The notes under the pieces are model-generated. The model saw only the letters and a list, made by a program, of their open reading frames with translations. It did not search any database and was not told where the DNA came from. 64,000 bases of DNA from the NCBI GenBank assembly GCA_951406725.2, contig OX597821.1, positions 113,832,001 to 113,896,000 on the forward strand, given 5' to 3'. A program made the position numbers and the translations under genes. This document shows, piece by piece, positions 1 through 12,081 of this stretch; position 1 is the stretch's first letter; every line of letters starts with the position of its first letter. Origin of the DNA: Octopus vulgaris. Its lineage: Eukaryota.

Positions 1-449
1 AATATGTGGAACCTTTCTAAGTACGATTGTTATTTTTCGAACTATTAACTTCCTTTTTAGAGATGAAATTTTTTTTTATTATTTACGACTAATGGGTGGT
101 GGATTGTCAATATCGTTGGCGCCTCGTACAAATCGCCATGGCGCATTTGATCCGGTTTTGAGTTAAGAGCCTGCCAGAGACAAATTCACCTTTTAATATT
201 TGGAACTAGATGACAAAAAATACCGATAAAATACTGGAGTTGATTTAATCAACTATTCCTTATTTCCAAATTTCTGGCCATTCAATAAATTAAATAAGTG
301 CGCAGGATTGGTAAAAAATCGAACAAAATGACGTGCAATATCGGTTTCGATTCTTTACGTTTAGAGTTCAAATCCCGCCATGATCAACTTTATATTTGAA
401 CCTTCTGTTGTCAATGAAATAGAGTACTCGTCAAGTACCGGGGCCTATA

Positions 450-1015
450 TTCGTTTCTATTCTAGGCACAAGGCCCGAAATTTTTGGGGTGGGAGCCAGT
501 CGAGTACATCGACCCCAGTACGCAACTGGTACTTAATTTATCGACCCCGAAAGGATGAAAGTCACAGTTGACCTCGGCGGAATAGAACCCAGAAATACCT
601 ATTTCTTTACTACCCACAAGGGGCTAAACATAGAGGGGACAAACAAGGACAGACAAACGGATTAAGTCGATTATATCGACTCCAGTGCGTAACTGGTACT
701 TATTTAATCGACCCCGAAAGGATGAAAGGAAAAGTCGACCTCGGCGGAATTTGAACTCAGAACGTAGAGGCAGACGAAATACCTATTTCTTTATTACCCA
801 CAAGGGGCTAAACATAGAGGGGACAAACAAGGACAGACATAGGTATTAAGTCGATTACATCGACCCCAGTGCGTAACTGGTACTTAATTTATCGACCCCG
901 AAAGGATGAAAGGCAAAGTCGACCTCGGCGGAATTTGAACTCAGAACGTAACGGCAGACGAAATACCGCTAAGTATTTCGCCAGCTGTGCTAACGACTCT
1001 GCCAGCTTGCCGCCT
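450..1015 (-). mobile_element. tRNA-derived SINE family 1, three head-to-tail units
   Basis: Minus strand begins aggcggc...tggcaga (A box) and has gagttcaaattcc (B box). The core gcctttcatcctttcggggtcgataaa resembles the Deu/Nin domain. Many copies in the window. Confidence 0.88.
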
Positions 1016-1528
1016 TTACTAGGGTCTATATTACCAACACCTCACCTGCCTCGAAATTTGTGGCTGAGTGCCTATATTAGAATATAAAAGCAATGGATAA
1101 GCGAAACCATTAAAGCACTGGACAAAATGCTTCGCGGTAATTAGTCTACATTTTAAGTTCAGATCCCACTAAGGTCAATTTTGCCTTTCATACTCCCAGG
1201 GTCGGTAAAACAAAGTATTGGGCTCTTAATAATGAACTGTCTTTCTAGCTTCAATTTGTGACCTTTTGTCTTAGTAAGGAATCAATATTTAAGCCTAAAC
1301 TCCAATTGTCAGTATCAAAACACGTTTCATCTTTTATTGATTCGTTTTACACTAACATTGCTTTTTATTTTGCATTAATTGTCGTAAATATTGCAGAAAT
1401 AATAATTACACCTACAGTTGTAAATTATGGAGAGTCATTTTTACTGATTAGGACAAGATTTATGAAGTCCAAGTCTATAAAAGTACTAAAACTTTAATTT
1501 TGGTTTATAGAAAGAAAATTGATCTCAC

Positions 1529-1600
1529 CTTTAAACCAGGTAATCCCAATAAACCACGAGGGCCAGAAGGGCCAGTGGGGCCAGGAGGACCGGGCGTGCC
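1529..1600 (-). CDS. Collagen Gly-X-Y exon: GTPGPPGPTGPSGPRGLLGLPGLK (gene continues beyond the window start)
   Basis: 72 nt, aacag|...AAG|gtgaga. Confidence 0.95.
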
Positions 1601-1883
1601 CTGTTAAATATAAACACAAGGGATTAGAATTGTTTTAAATAGTCAAACATATTTAATAGGCAAAAACAGAAAAAAGTTTCGCAAGTTATAAAAGAAACAA
1701 AGCAAAATTTCAAAATGAAACTAACTTGAAGAAAAGGGCTCGGCCGTCCCAAAACACCGTTGAATATAATAGTACATTGAAAAAGTCGTTTTAATTAGTC
1801 TAAATGGGATGGGTTACCCATTTCATGAGGAGGAAAAGATTTATACTGGAAATCAAAATGCTGCGACTGATTTAAATATCGTC

Positions 1884-2230
1884 GTGGCACTCCGTCGGTT
1901 ACGACGACGAGGGTTCCAGTTCATCCGATCAACAGAACAGCCTGCTCGTGAAATTAATGTGCAAGTGGCTGAGCACTCCACAGATACGTGTACCGTTAAC
2001 GTAGTTCTCGGGGAGATTCAGTGTGACACAGCGTGTGACAAGGCTGGCCCTTCGAAAGAAAGTTGTGGTGAATGAGTACAGCAGTGTTTGCCACCACCAC
2101 CTGCCGAAGCCTCGTGGAGCTTTAGGTGTTTTCGTTGAATAAACACATACAACGCCCGGTCTGGGAATCGAAACCGCGATCCTACGACCGCAAGTCAGCT
2201 GCCCTGACTACTGTGCCATTGCGCCTCCAC
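1884..2230 (-). mobile_element. tRNA-derived SINE family 3
   Basis: Minus strand gtggaggcgcaatggc...ggtttcgattccc; same head as 2595-2873, 49395-49535 and 56470-56706. Confidence 0.8.
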
Positions 2231-2539
2231 GTTTTAAATATGATGTAAACGAGACAAGGAGATAGAGAGAAAAAACAAGACACTGACATAAAGCGACGTG
2301 GAAACGGAGAAATTTTAACATCACTTTTAATTGTTTCAGTCACTGGACTGCAGCCATGCTGGAGCAGCGCTCTAAAGTGTTTAGTAGAACAAATCTACAA
2401 GATTTATTTTTAAGTCTGCTACTTATTCTCTCGGTTTCTTTTATCGAACCTCTAAGTTACTGGGATGTAAACAGTCACTGGTTGTTAGGCGCTGGGGAAG
2501 TGGGGTGTGGGACAATCATAAACATAAACACCCATCCAT

Positions 2540-2588
<49 letters not shown>

Positions 2589-2594
2589 CAACAG

Positions 2595-2873
2595 GTGGAG
2601 GCGCAATGGCCCAGCGGTTAGGGCAGCGGATTCGCGGTCGTAGGATCGCGGTTTCGATTCCCAGACCGAGCATTGTGAGTGATTACTGAGCGAAAACACC
2701 TAAAAGCTCCACGATCCCTACTGTACTCTTGCGCCACGACTTGCTCTCACTCTTTCTTCTGTTGACATGCGAGCTTAGCCAGTAGGATGGCGTCAATTGA
2801 AGGTTAAAACAATGCGAAGCGCATTGTGACCAGCGATGTGTAGCAACATCTGATAGCCTGGTCGGTCACGGTA
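2595..2873 (+). mobile_element. tRNA-derived SINE family 3, inserted in a decayed family-2 SINE (about 2325-3015)
   Basis: A box tggcccagcggt, B box ggtttcgattccc; its 3' part recurs inverted at 31272-31388. Confidence 0.8.
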
Positions 2874-3110
2874 ATATATACAACAAGGTTCTTTCAGTTT
2901 CTCAGAACGCCGAAAGCATTGGTCGGCCCGGGATAACAGTAGAAGTTACTTAACCAAAGTAGTACCACGCAGTCAGACTGAACCTAAGCCCACATGGTTT
3001 GACCACAACCGCGCCTGAGCTTATTGTTTTATTTTATACAGATGGCGTATCTGAATTATTTATTTCCTTAACAACTGCAACCTGCTTGTCCAACACGTAA
3101 ACTACTACTA

Positions 3111-3142
<32 letters not shown>

Positions 3143-3200
3143 ACGACTGCTGCTGCTACTATAAATACCACTGGTTTGCATTTATTATCTTTATAGTATA

Positions 3201-3584
3201 CTAGCAGTATCGCCCGGCGTTGCTCAGGTTTGTAAGGGAAATAACTATAAAGCATTTTTAGAGAGTTATAGCCAAAAAATAGCAAAAAAATGGAAAAAAA
3301 ATGATGGTAAATTTTTTTTGAGAGTTAAAAAAGGTCGAGTTGCGTCCCCTAGACGGTCTGTGGTTTGGGTCTCTGATTCTCGACCCCATGTCGAATTTAT
3401 CGATTTTTTTCAGAACTGGGGGAACTTTTCAAAATTTTCGCTGCGTTAGTTTTGAATTATGACATTGGGCTATGTGTGTGTCAAGTTTCATCAGAATCGG
3501 TTGAAAGCCGTGGTCAGAGTGAGGGTACGAGAAAACAGACACACGGAAAACGCACAGACAAACTGCCGTTTATATAGAGAGAGA
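3201..3584 (-). mobile_element. Non-autonomous Helitron
   Basis: On the minus strand it starts TC and ends with a GC-rich hairpin then CTAG, inserted between A and T. Similar termini at 61246-61628. Confidence 0.75.
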
Positions 3585-6099
3585 TTTTAACAATGTAATC
3601 TGATATGATTTAACACAACATTGACCACAGCAGCACTCCAACTTTCTCTCACTCTTTCTTCCTGTTTCTTGTCCCCGACTTCCTACGCAACCGCTGAGCC
3701 TGGATGCGCATTCATCCATCCGTCGATGCTCACGGTGTCGGGGATTGACCTGCTTTCTCTTCTGCGGGTCTTACGAATAGCAAAGGACCACGTTTTGGAC
3801 CTCTCCCACTAATGGGATGAAGACCGCTTCGCTCAACAAACAAACAATAGCAGCAAAATAAACTTGCGAAGAAAGCCCAGTTTGTAGAACGCAAATATTC
3901 CGAAAAACAGGGGATTAAATGTTGTTTCTTTTTCTTCCAAGAATTTTGATATTTCTATATTATTTGCACGAAATATCGCTTTGGTTCGTATTATATTGCC
4001 CTGATGCACCTGGAAAGCGAACTAACGTCATCAACCTTCAATTAATCAGTTAGTCACGCTCATTTAACTTATTGCTATGGTGTAAAGTGAAATTCCACAC
4101 GTCCTTTTGAGGTTTAGTATCATTCAGGTTCTTCCTTCTTAGTGCATTTTACAAAAATATTTATAACTCACTGCAGTCCACTGCTTTCATATTTTTCAGT
4201 TATTAAACGACATAGTTTGAATGGCATTCCTTTAGTCAGCATTTTAAAGGAAATTCCTCCATGGTCAGTCTTTAGCACTCACTCAGTAAATGTTGTTCGT
4301 TGTATCTTTAATTGCTTGTTTCCTGTTGGAATTTATAAATGACAACATTTCGTCGTCGGTTGCAATTTTCTGAAACTTTGATAGTCCTGTTAATTCAAAT
4401 TTAATTCTGCTTCGAGATCTCTAATTCAAATTCCTATTTAGATATTTTTCTTCTTTAACACAAAATAATATACATAGGTCTGTCATTAACCCAAAGACGA
4501 TGCTTAACTTCCATGGCGTATAAGCGACTGAGATAATCACACCTCCCCTGAACGGGATGCCAGTCCTTCGCAGGGTTAACTTCAAAGCTTTTCTGGAATT
4601 CATTGAAAACTGAATGAGTTAGAGCAACGTGAAACGAAGTATTTTGCTCAAAATAACACAACGCACCGCCCTCTCAGAGTGCAACACTTTAACCACTTGA
4701 GCCTTCATTTAGTGAGACACAATTCATCATCACAGATGAAAGCATGCTACCATCATAGGGTATGTCATCCTATCAAGTTTTAAGCTCCTGACAAATCCGT
4801 AAGCTGTAAAGCTAATTATGATATAGATATTATAAATAAGCGACCCATATTTCTGGAGAAGTCCCAACAAGGACACTGCTTCACCAACCAGAGATATTAA
4901 ATTTCACACCCCATCACTTGTTCATTATGTTAAACGGCTTCGTAGCAATCGTAATTTTTCAAGAGTGTAGACATTGTAAATGAATCGAAATAGTTACGGA
5001 TTTATTTCTACAAGACTTTACATTACAAAACGGAAATGTTTTGGCCTGGAATTTTGACATGTTTATTTTCATTTAAATCTCTTGAATACTTTCGCTGGAA
5101 TTCCTATGTTTAAGTATTCATTAAACACCAATTTTGAATGAATAAAACTTACCGGAACGGCATCACCGCCGCCAATTCCCTGAAAAATAATTTAAAATGT
5201 GAGATTATTATGGTAAATAGTTGAAAACTTAAATTTGATTTACAAAAAAAAAAAAAAAGAAAAGCACTTTCGCTGGCAAAATCGATCTGGGAAAGGCAGC
5301 ATTTGAAAATGAAAGCATTTTCGATGATGGAAGTAATCAAACAAAAAAAAAAAAGGAAAGAAAACACACACACATCTTAATCTTATGCCAAGCGCATATC
5401 GCTTGAAGATCATTTGCTTTGAGTAACGCCATCTAGAAACATCTCAGAATTTAGAATCTAAGTTCTCACCTACCTTTCCAACCATAAGGGTATTCTTGTA
5501 TGCAATAATGTGATAAAAGTACATACATGCAAACACAGGCACACACACATATATATAAACACACACACACACACACACATGCTAGCTCCAAATATAATAT
5601 TTTCTTAGTCTTATATTTGGTTGTAGATACTGGTATGCAAAACTGCACATATATAAATGTACAAGCTCAAAAATGGCGAAACATCGGTGTCCATCACTCC
5701 GAAATGGGATTGAAGGTGAGTTACCTCGCCTGTCCATGGCTCCGCGGTATTTAACACTCGGCTCTTTGAGAGTGTATATACTCCACCACGCTATTGCAGC
5801 CACCGGAAAATGCCCAAAGCATTACGTTAAGTATATGTGGTTAATAGTATTTATTATACTAGAGCTACTTTCATATATATATATATTTATTAATTTATTA
5901 TTTCTTCTCTACCGACACTATTCAGTATTTATAAGGACATTTAGATTTACCGAAGTAAGGATTAACCGAGTATAGTAAATTCAACTAACTGTAGTTTATC
6001 TTCACTGAGGTTAGCCAGCATTGTTAACCGATAAGAGCGAGAGCGAGCACAGTACCCGCTAGGATTACATAAGCCTCTTAACCAATTTTGGATATTTAC

Positions 6100-6147
<48 letters not shown>

Positions 6148-6151
<4 letters not shown>

Positions 6152-6468
6152 TACATTTAAACACATAAGGAATCCACTCGTGGAATTCAACAGGTTAGAA
6201 AGAACAGCTAGGTTCTATAACCACAAAAATTATGGATAAAATTCGACAGGAACGAAATATTTCCTGTCGAATTTTATCCCTAATTTTTGTGGTATAGAAC
6301 CTAGCTGTTCTTTCTAACGTGTTAAGTTCCACGAGTGGATTCCTTATGTGTTTAAATGTACACTATATATTATGACTAATTCGTAGTCTTTTGGGACTAA
6401 ATGTTTAAACGTTAGGCCACTGGAGGTGAAAATTTTAATTAATTTTCCATTTCCCTTTGATATGTTTT
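6148..6468. mobile_element. Fold-back element in (TA)n, probable PLE remnant
   Basis: Inverted arms 6148-6252 and 6261-6364 with an 8-nt loop, then a ~100-nt unpaired tail; (TA)n on both sides. Confidence 0.65.
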
Positions 6469-6534
6469 ATATATATATATATGAATAGGCAATGATTTAG
6501 CTGAATGATAAGAATAAGAAAAAAGGTTCCATAC

Positions 6535-6597
6535 CGGTACGCCGTCTTTTCCATCTTTGCCGTCTCTTCCTGGCTCACCTTTCTGTCCAGCAGTACC
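6535..6597 (-). CDS. Collagen Gly-X-Y exon: GTAGQKGEPGRDGKDGKDGVP
   Basis: 63 nt, tttttag|...|gtatgg. Confidence 0.94.
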
Positions 6598-7325
6598 CTA
6601 AAAACATGAAGACATATTAAAAGGTTAGGTGCTGATAAGGATCTGATATTTTTTAAAATTTAATATTAAGGAATATTATAAATACCAATGTGAAAATAAT
6701 GAAGAAGAGACACAAATTATAACATTTGTTTAAGATACTCTCAAGAAGAAAAGCTAGTCTTTCTACATTGTTTAATCCGTTCTAGGATAGTGAGATTAAT
6801 GCGGATAGTGTATTACCTGGGAAAACAACTGCAGCTTAATATCTGAAGTAAAACCATGACCAGAGAAGGAACTGGTGCTTTGTTCTAAATGCCTTCAACA
6901 GAGAGAACTCAGTTAGTGATATCGTCTAACCCAAGATCAACATAAAAGCAGCAGGCCTACGTTCAAAGACACTCTTGATGCGATCATCCCGTCTAGTTCG
7001 GGAGTACGTTGGGCTACAATATTCAATGATTTTGTCTCCTCTTACTTAAGATGGTAGGTGTAATATGGTTGCTATTTCTAGCCAATCAATTAACCCTCAT
7101 AGAGAGTCCGAATATATACCTACTGTATATAACGTTACTGATAGTTTATTAATTCATTTCTAGTGAAGGTACAAGGCATGAAATTACATCGATCCCAGAG
7201 CGTGCTCAACTAGTGCTTATTTTTTCGAACTCGGCGGAATATGAACTCAGAACGTGGAGAGAGACGAAATGCCGCTAAAGCATTTTGTCCGGCGCGCTAA
7301 CGATTCTGCCAGCTCGCCACCTTAG

Positions 7326-7384
<59 letters not shown>

Positions 7385-7432
7385 ATGAGAGAAATTCTGA
7401 GAGAGACAGACAGAGACAGAGATAGAGAGAGG

Positions 7433-7468
<36 letters not shown>

Positions 7469-7640
7469 TATCAGCAGCACTCGATGAGTAAATTGGAGTA
7501 ACGTGAAATGAAATACCTTGCCCAAGGACTCACGCCACTGGAATCGAACCGACAAACCCAGCATAACTAAATCCCATCAGGCCATTTTCAGTAAACATAA
7601 GTATAATGTTGATTTATTATATATTAGATAAACAACTTAC

Positions 7641-7694
7641 TGGCAATCCTCGGAATCCCCTCTGTCCACCATACCCTCTTCGTCCGTTGGTTCC
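7641..7694 (-). CDS. Collagen Gly-X-Y exon: GTNGRRGYGGQRGFRGLP
   Basis: 54 nt, ttttag|...|gtaagt. Confidence 0.94.
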
Positions 7695-8007
7695 CTAAAA
7701 TTCATAAAAGAAAATTGAAAGTATGTTTATATAGTTACATACAGAACACATAATTTACTTTATTGTGTCTGGAGAGAGTCATTCTCTTTTAGTGTCTTAT
7801 TACTTAACACACTCACCGGTTCGATTTCCACTCCATTGTTTATCTTTTCAAAACTTTTCGTTGCATTTAATGCGGATAGTGTATTACCTGGGAAAACAAC
7901 TGCAGCTTAATATCTGAAGGAAAACCATGTCCAAAGAAGGAACTGGTACTTTGTTCCAAATGCTTTCAACACAGCGAAGTCAGCTAGTGAGAGAGAGTAA
8001 AGATGCA

Positions 8008-8331
8008 TGGAGTAAAGATTCTTTGCCAACATAACATGGCAGTCCTGATTTAGGACGAATGTTGCTGTAATTTAGCTCCAGGAGACATCGTCTCCAGCTG
8101 GCTGTACGACACGATTTGTGTCCTTATATTTTCAAACAAGTGAATCTAGCACCACCACTCAGCTCAAAATAATATCTAGATTCTCTTGTTCGAAATTACA
8201 AGGACACAGATCGTGTCGTATAGCCAGCTGGAGACGATGTCTCCTGGGGCTAAATTACAGCAACATTCGTCCTAAACCAGGACTGCCATGTTATGTTTGC
8301 AAACAATCTTTACTCCAAAGTACTGTTGCTG
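8008..8331. mobile_element. Fold-back PLE-type pLTR remnant carrying the conserved structured module
   Basis: Inverted arms 8008-8149 and 8176-8317; sequence related to the hammerhead-bearing element at 16103-16769. Confidence 0.7.
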
Positions 8332-8906
8332 AATATCTCTCGTTGTGAGATTTAAAAATAGTAAATTTTGTTGCGTCTTGCAAACTCTTCAATAGTCAAC
8401 GAAATTTTTAGAAAAAAGTAAGTAAATGAGTGGAAATTTTACCGGTGAGTGTGTTAAGTAATAAGGCTCTAAAAGAGAATGACTCTCCGAAGACACAATA
8501 AAATATACTTCAACACACGAATTCACATAAAGAATCTTGCAAACCAAATACAGAAACGAAACATAGATTACTGTTTGGTTAAAAAAATAGCTTCATAACC
8601 ACGTGATTATGCGCAGCTTATTGGGTGAATAAAGCTCTTTATCATATACTTCAACCTGATCAGTAGCTTGTGGTGACCTTGTGCGTAGATTTTCGGCGAT
8701 AGAAAATGAGCGAAAGTTCGTCACTATTGGTTTCGTGCGGAAAATTCCGCAATTTTCAAACTTACCACTGAAAAAATGTTGATAAGCCGTATCTTTGTTC
8801 GATGAGGCTACGCGAGATTACACGAGATTTAACGGGATGTCGAACGTTGTATCTAGTTACCAAAATAGTGTTAGAAGTCCCGTAAAATTTCATGTAATCT
8901 CATGTA

Positions 8907-10174
8907 CGAGGGGCGTTCAATAAGTAATGCCCCTGACCCACTTGCAGTTGTTTGATCTAGCTGAAATTTTGTATGTGCACTTATTTATACCTCTATAGAT
9001 TGAGTGGCAAATTACAGCTCTGAACTAATTGTGGTTTCTGATTTACAGGTGTTTGAACTGAGTCAAGTGTGAAATGGAGCCTGTTGAGTGTCGAGCAGTG
9101 ATCTGGTTTTTGTATTTGAAAGGACGCACACCACGGGAGACTTTTGATGAAATGAAAGTAACTTATGGTGATGATGCCCCATCATATGGCCTTGTAAAAC
9201 GCTGGCATTGTGAATTCAAACATAGTCGGAACTCTGTGGAAACAGCTCCCAGATCTGGTCGCCCCTTCTGCCGTTGATGAGACGTCTGTCCGTCAAGTTG
9301 AGGCTGCCATTTTGGAAGGTCAACGCATAACTATTCGCCAAATAGCCCATGAGGTCAAGATTAGTACCGGATCTGTGGAAACTATTATTCATGACCATTT
9401 GCATATGCAAAAGGTGTCTGCCAGATGGATTTCCAGGTTGCTCACACCTTTCCAGAAGCAAGAACGCGTTGAGTGCTCGAGGATGAATTTGGAATGTGCC
9501 AAGAAGATGAGTCAAAATTTTTCAAAAGACTGATCACACAGGATAAAACCTGGGTCCATCACTATGATCCATAGACCAAATCCCAGTCAATGCAGTGAAA
9601 GCACCGTGACTCACCTCCTCCAAAGAAGGCAAGGGTGCAGCCCTCCGCTGACAAGGTTATGCTCACAGTCTTCTGGGACCAGGACGGAGTAGTGATGACA
9701 GATTTCCTGGCAAAGGGCACCACAATTACAGGAGCCTATTATGCTTCACTTTTGAGGAAATTAAGAGAAGCTATCAAAATCAAGAGGCGGGGCAAGATCA
9801 GCAAAGGCATCCTCCTCCTGCAGGACAACGCTCCAGTCCACAACTCGCGTGTCGCGAGATCAGAAGCACAGGCGTGCAGCTATGAACTCCTCCCCTTGCA
9901 CCCTCTGATTTTCACCTCTTCCCAGCCATGAAGTTGATTTTGAAAGGAAAGCGTTTCCCAGATGATGCAGCCTTGATTTCTGAAGTCACGTCGTGGTTGG
10001 AGGACCAAGCTGGGGTCTTCTACAAAAACGGTCTCCAGAGGTGTATCAAACGATGGGAGAAATGCATAACTCTGGGTAGTTCCTATGTAGGAAAAGACTA
10101 ATAACTGTGCCAAGTGTCGTTGCTCTACTGCTATGGGAAGTGGGTCAGGGGCATTACTTATTGAACGCCCCTCG
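8907..10174 (+). mobile_element. Full-length mariner DNA transposon (1268 bp), probably irritans subfamily
   Basis: Perfect 37-bp TIRs (8907-8943 and 10138-10174, cgaggggcgttcaataagtaatgcccctgacccactt) with TA on both sides. Confidence 0.95.
9074..10101 (+). pseudogene. Mariner transposase, disabled by frameshifts and stops
   Basis: HTH N-terminus, ARWISRLLT, ITQDKTWVHHYDP*, LLQDNAPVH and APSDFHLF; the YSPDL motif is deleted. Confidence 0.92.
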
Positions 10175-11257
10175 TATCCTCATCCAATATGAAAACGGAT
10201 GACCAATATTCTAAGGTAGAACGTCTGAAAATTGCAGAATTTTTCGCACGAAACCACTGACAGCTTTGTTAATCGGCAAATACATTTATTCCGCTAAATG
10301 CAATGTCAATCACGCGTTCTTGCTTCACCGTTTGCCATTATCGTATATACGTGTATATATATGTATGTGTATGTATAATGTCTGTACGTATAAACGTATG
10401 TGTGTATATGTATGTATGTATGAATGTATGCATGTATGTATGAATGTATGCATGTATGTATGTATGTATGTATGTATGTATGTATGTATATATGTATGTA
10501 TGTGTGCATGTATGTATGTATGTATGTGTGTGCATGTATGCAAGTATGTATGTATGTATGTATGTATGTATGTATGTATGTATGTATGTATGCATGTATG
10601 ATTGTATGTATATATATGTGTGTGTGTGTGTATGTGCTTACACGTATGTATATATTATGTATGTATGTACGTATATATATATATATATGTATGTATGCAT
10701 GCATGTATATGCGCTTTGCGACTGCGAGTGCGCAGGTTCGATCCTCGCTACTTGACATCTTGGGCAAATGTTTCTATACCCTCAGGTTAACTCGTAAATG
10801 AAATTGGATCGATGGAAACTGCACAGAATCTCGTTGGGCGGATTGTATTTGTAATTGAAAGGTACAGCCTCCTCGTCAGAGTTACACTGCCACGCAGAAA
10901 CACGTATGCCTGTGTCTGTGTAAGTATTTATTTATGTGTGTCCGCATACATTTGCGCATAATGTACAAATACAACAGCAAGACAAGCGAGTGGTAAATGG
11001 TGAGTTCTTCAAGTAATGTCCATTCTTATATTTGTTTTACACTGACTTACTGACACTTCCTGGTTACTCGTCTATTTTTGGTTGTCCGGCAATGAATCTG
11101 TGAACAGGTACACATGTTCACTAATATTATTCGCATCTTGCGATATAAAAAATATAATTAATGACTACGCACACTATGAGAGGAAATAGATGAGTGTTGG
11201 AAAATCGCTAAAAATAATGAAAAACATATCCCGCCAATTTTCTGTAGGAAAACTTAC

Positions 11258-11302
11258 TTTCTCTCCTTTATCTCCAGGAGGTCCAGGTTGTCCAGGAAGA
11301 CC
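11258..11302 (-). CDS. Collagen Gly-X-Y exon: GLPGQPGPPGDKGEK
   Basis: 45 nt, cttttag|...|gtaagt. Confidence 0.95.
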
Positions 11303-11848
11303 CTAAAAGTAAGTAAAAACACGTTAAATTATTTTCGCAATTAGACATTAATAGCATAAACAACTTTCATTCGATATTCATAAAATTACACTTGTATTTA
11401 AAGCATTTCTAATATATAATGTAAAAAACTTATAGGGCATCTGTTGGTCATGTATGCACGGGATTTAGCAGATTTTCTTGAAGAAGACTAACGGGTATTC
11501 ATACGTTCAAGTACCACCTCTCCACGCTATTGATGTTTATCCAAGGAAAAAGCCGCTGGCTTGGGCTGTTGCAGCTTGACTCCAGTATCATCGCAGACGT
11601 TGCTGTTACACGTGAGTACATCGATGAAAGGGAAGTAAACCAGCGAAGTGATTGGCCGAGAATTTATCTTACTTAAGAGACTATTATTTATTTTATTAAT
11701 GTCTACGTTATAAGAATGAACGTTAAAGCAAAAATAAACGATACACGCGGTCACCCATTACAAAATGCATTTTTAAAGGATCATTTCATTGATTTATTTA
11801 AAGCCAAAAAACAGCAGAATACGCACACACACATACATACACACAAAC

Positions 11849-11888
<40 letters not shown>

Positions 11889-11942
11889 GCATACATACAT
11901 ATATATATATACATACATACATACGTACATACATACATACAA

Positions 11943-12009
<67 letters not shown>

Positions 12010-12021
12010 AAATGAACTCAC

Positions 12022-12081
12022 ATCTTTTCCATCAGTCCCATCTCTACCTGGAATACCTGAAGAACTTGATGGTCCGCCACC
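12022..12081 (-). CDS. Collagen exon with helix interruption: GGGPSSSSGIPGRDGTDGKD
   Basis: 60 nt, ttttcag|...|gtgagt; PSSSS breaks the Gly-X-Y register. Confidence 0.92.

Larger units (their letters stand above)
8725..10259. mobile_element. Old fold-back MITE (about 270 bp) split by a mariner insertion
   Basis: Left arm 8725-8838 is an imperfect inverted match to 8877-8906 plus 10175-10259 (tggtttcgtgcg.aaaatt.. termini). Confidence 0.7.

Noticed and set aside
380-571. Recurrent RNWYLIYRPRKDE ORFs (also 869-1087 and 15172-15402)
   Set aside because: Antisense translation of SINE family 1.
2595-2670. tRNA gene candidates here and at other A/B-box sites
   Set aside because: They continue into SINE bodies repeated across the window; these are SINE heads, not tRNA genes.
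10266-10801. Long ORFs of YI, MYVC, HT, poly-K/S/N/L repeats here and throughout the window
   Set aside because: Translations of (TA)n, (TATG)n, (CA)n, (TTC)n and (ATT)n microsatellites; no coding signal.
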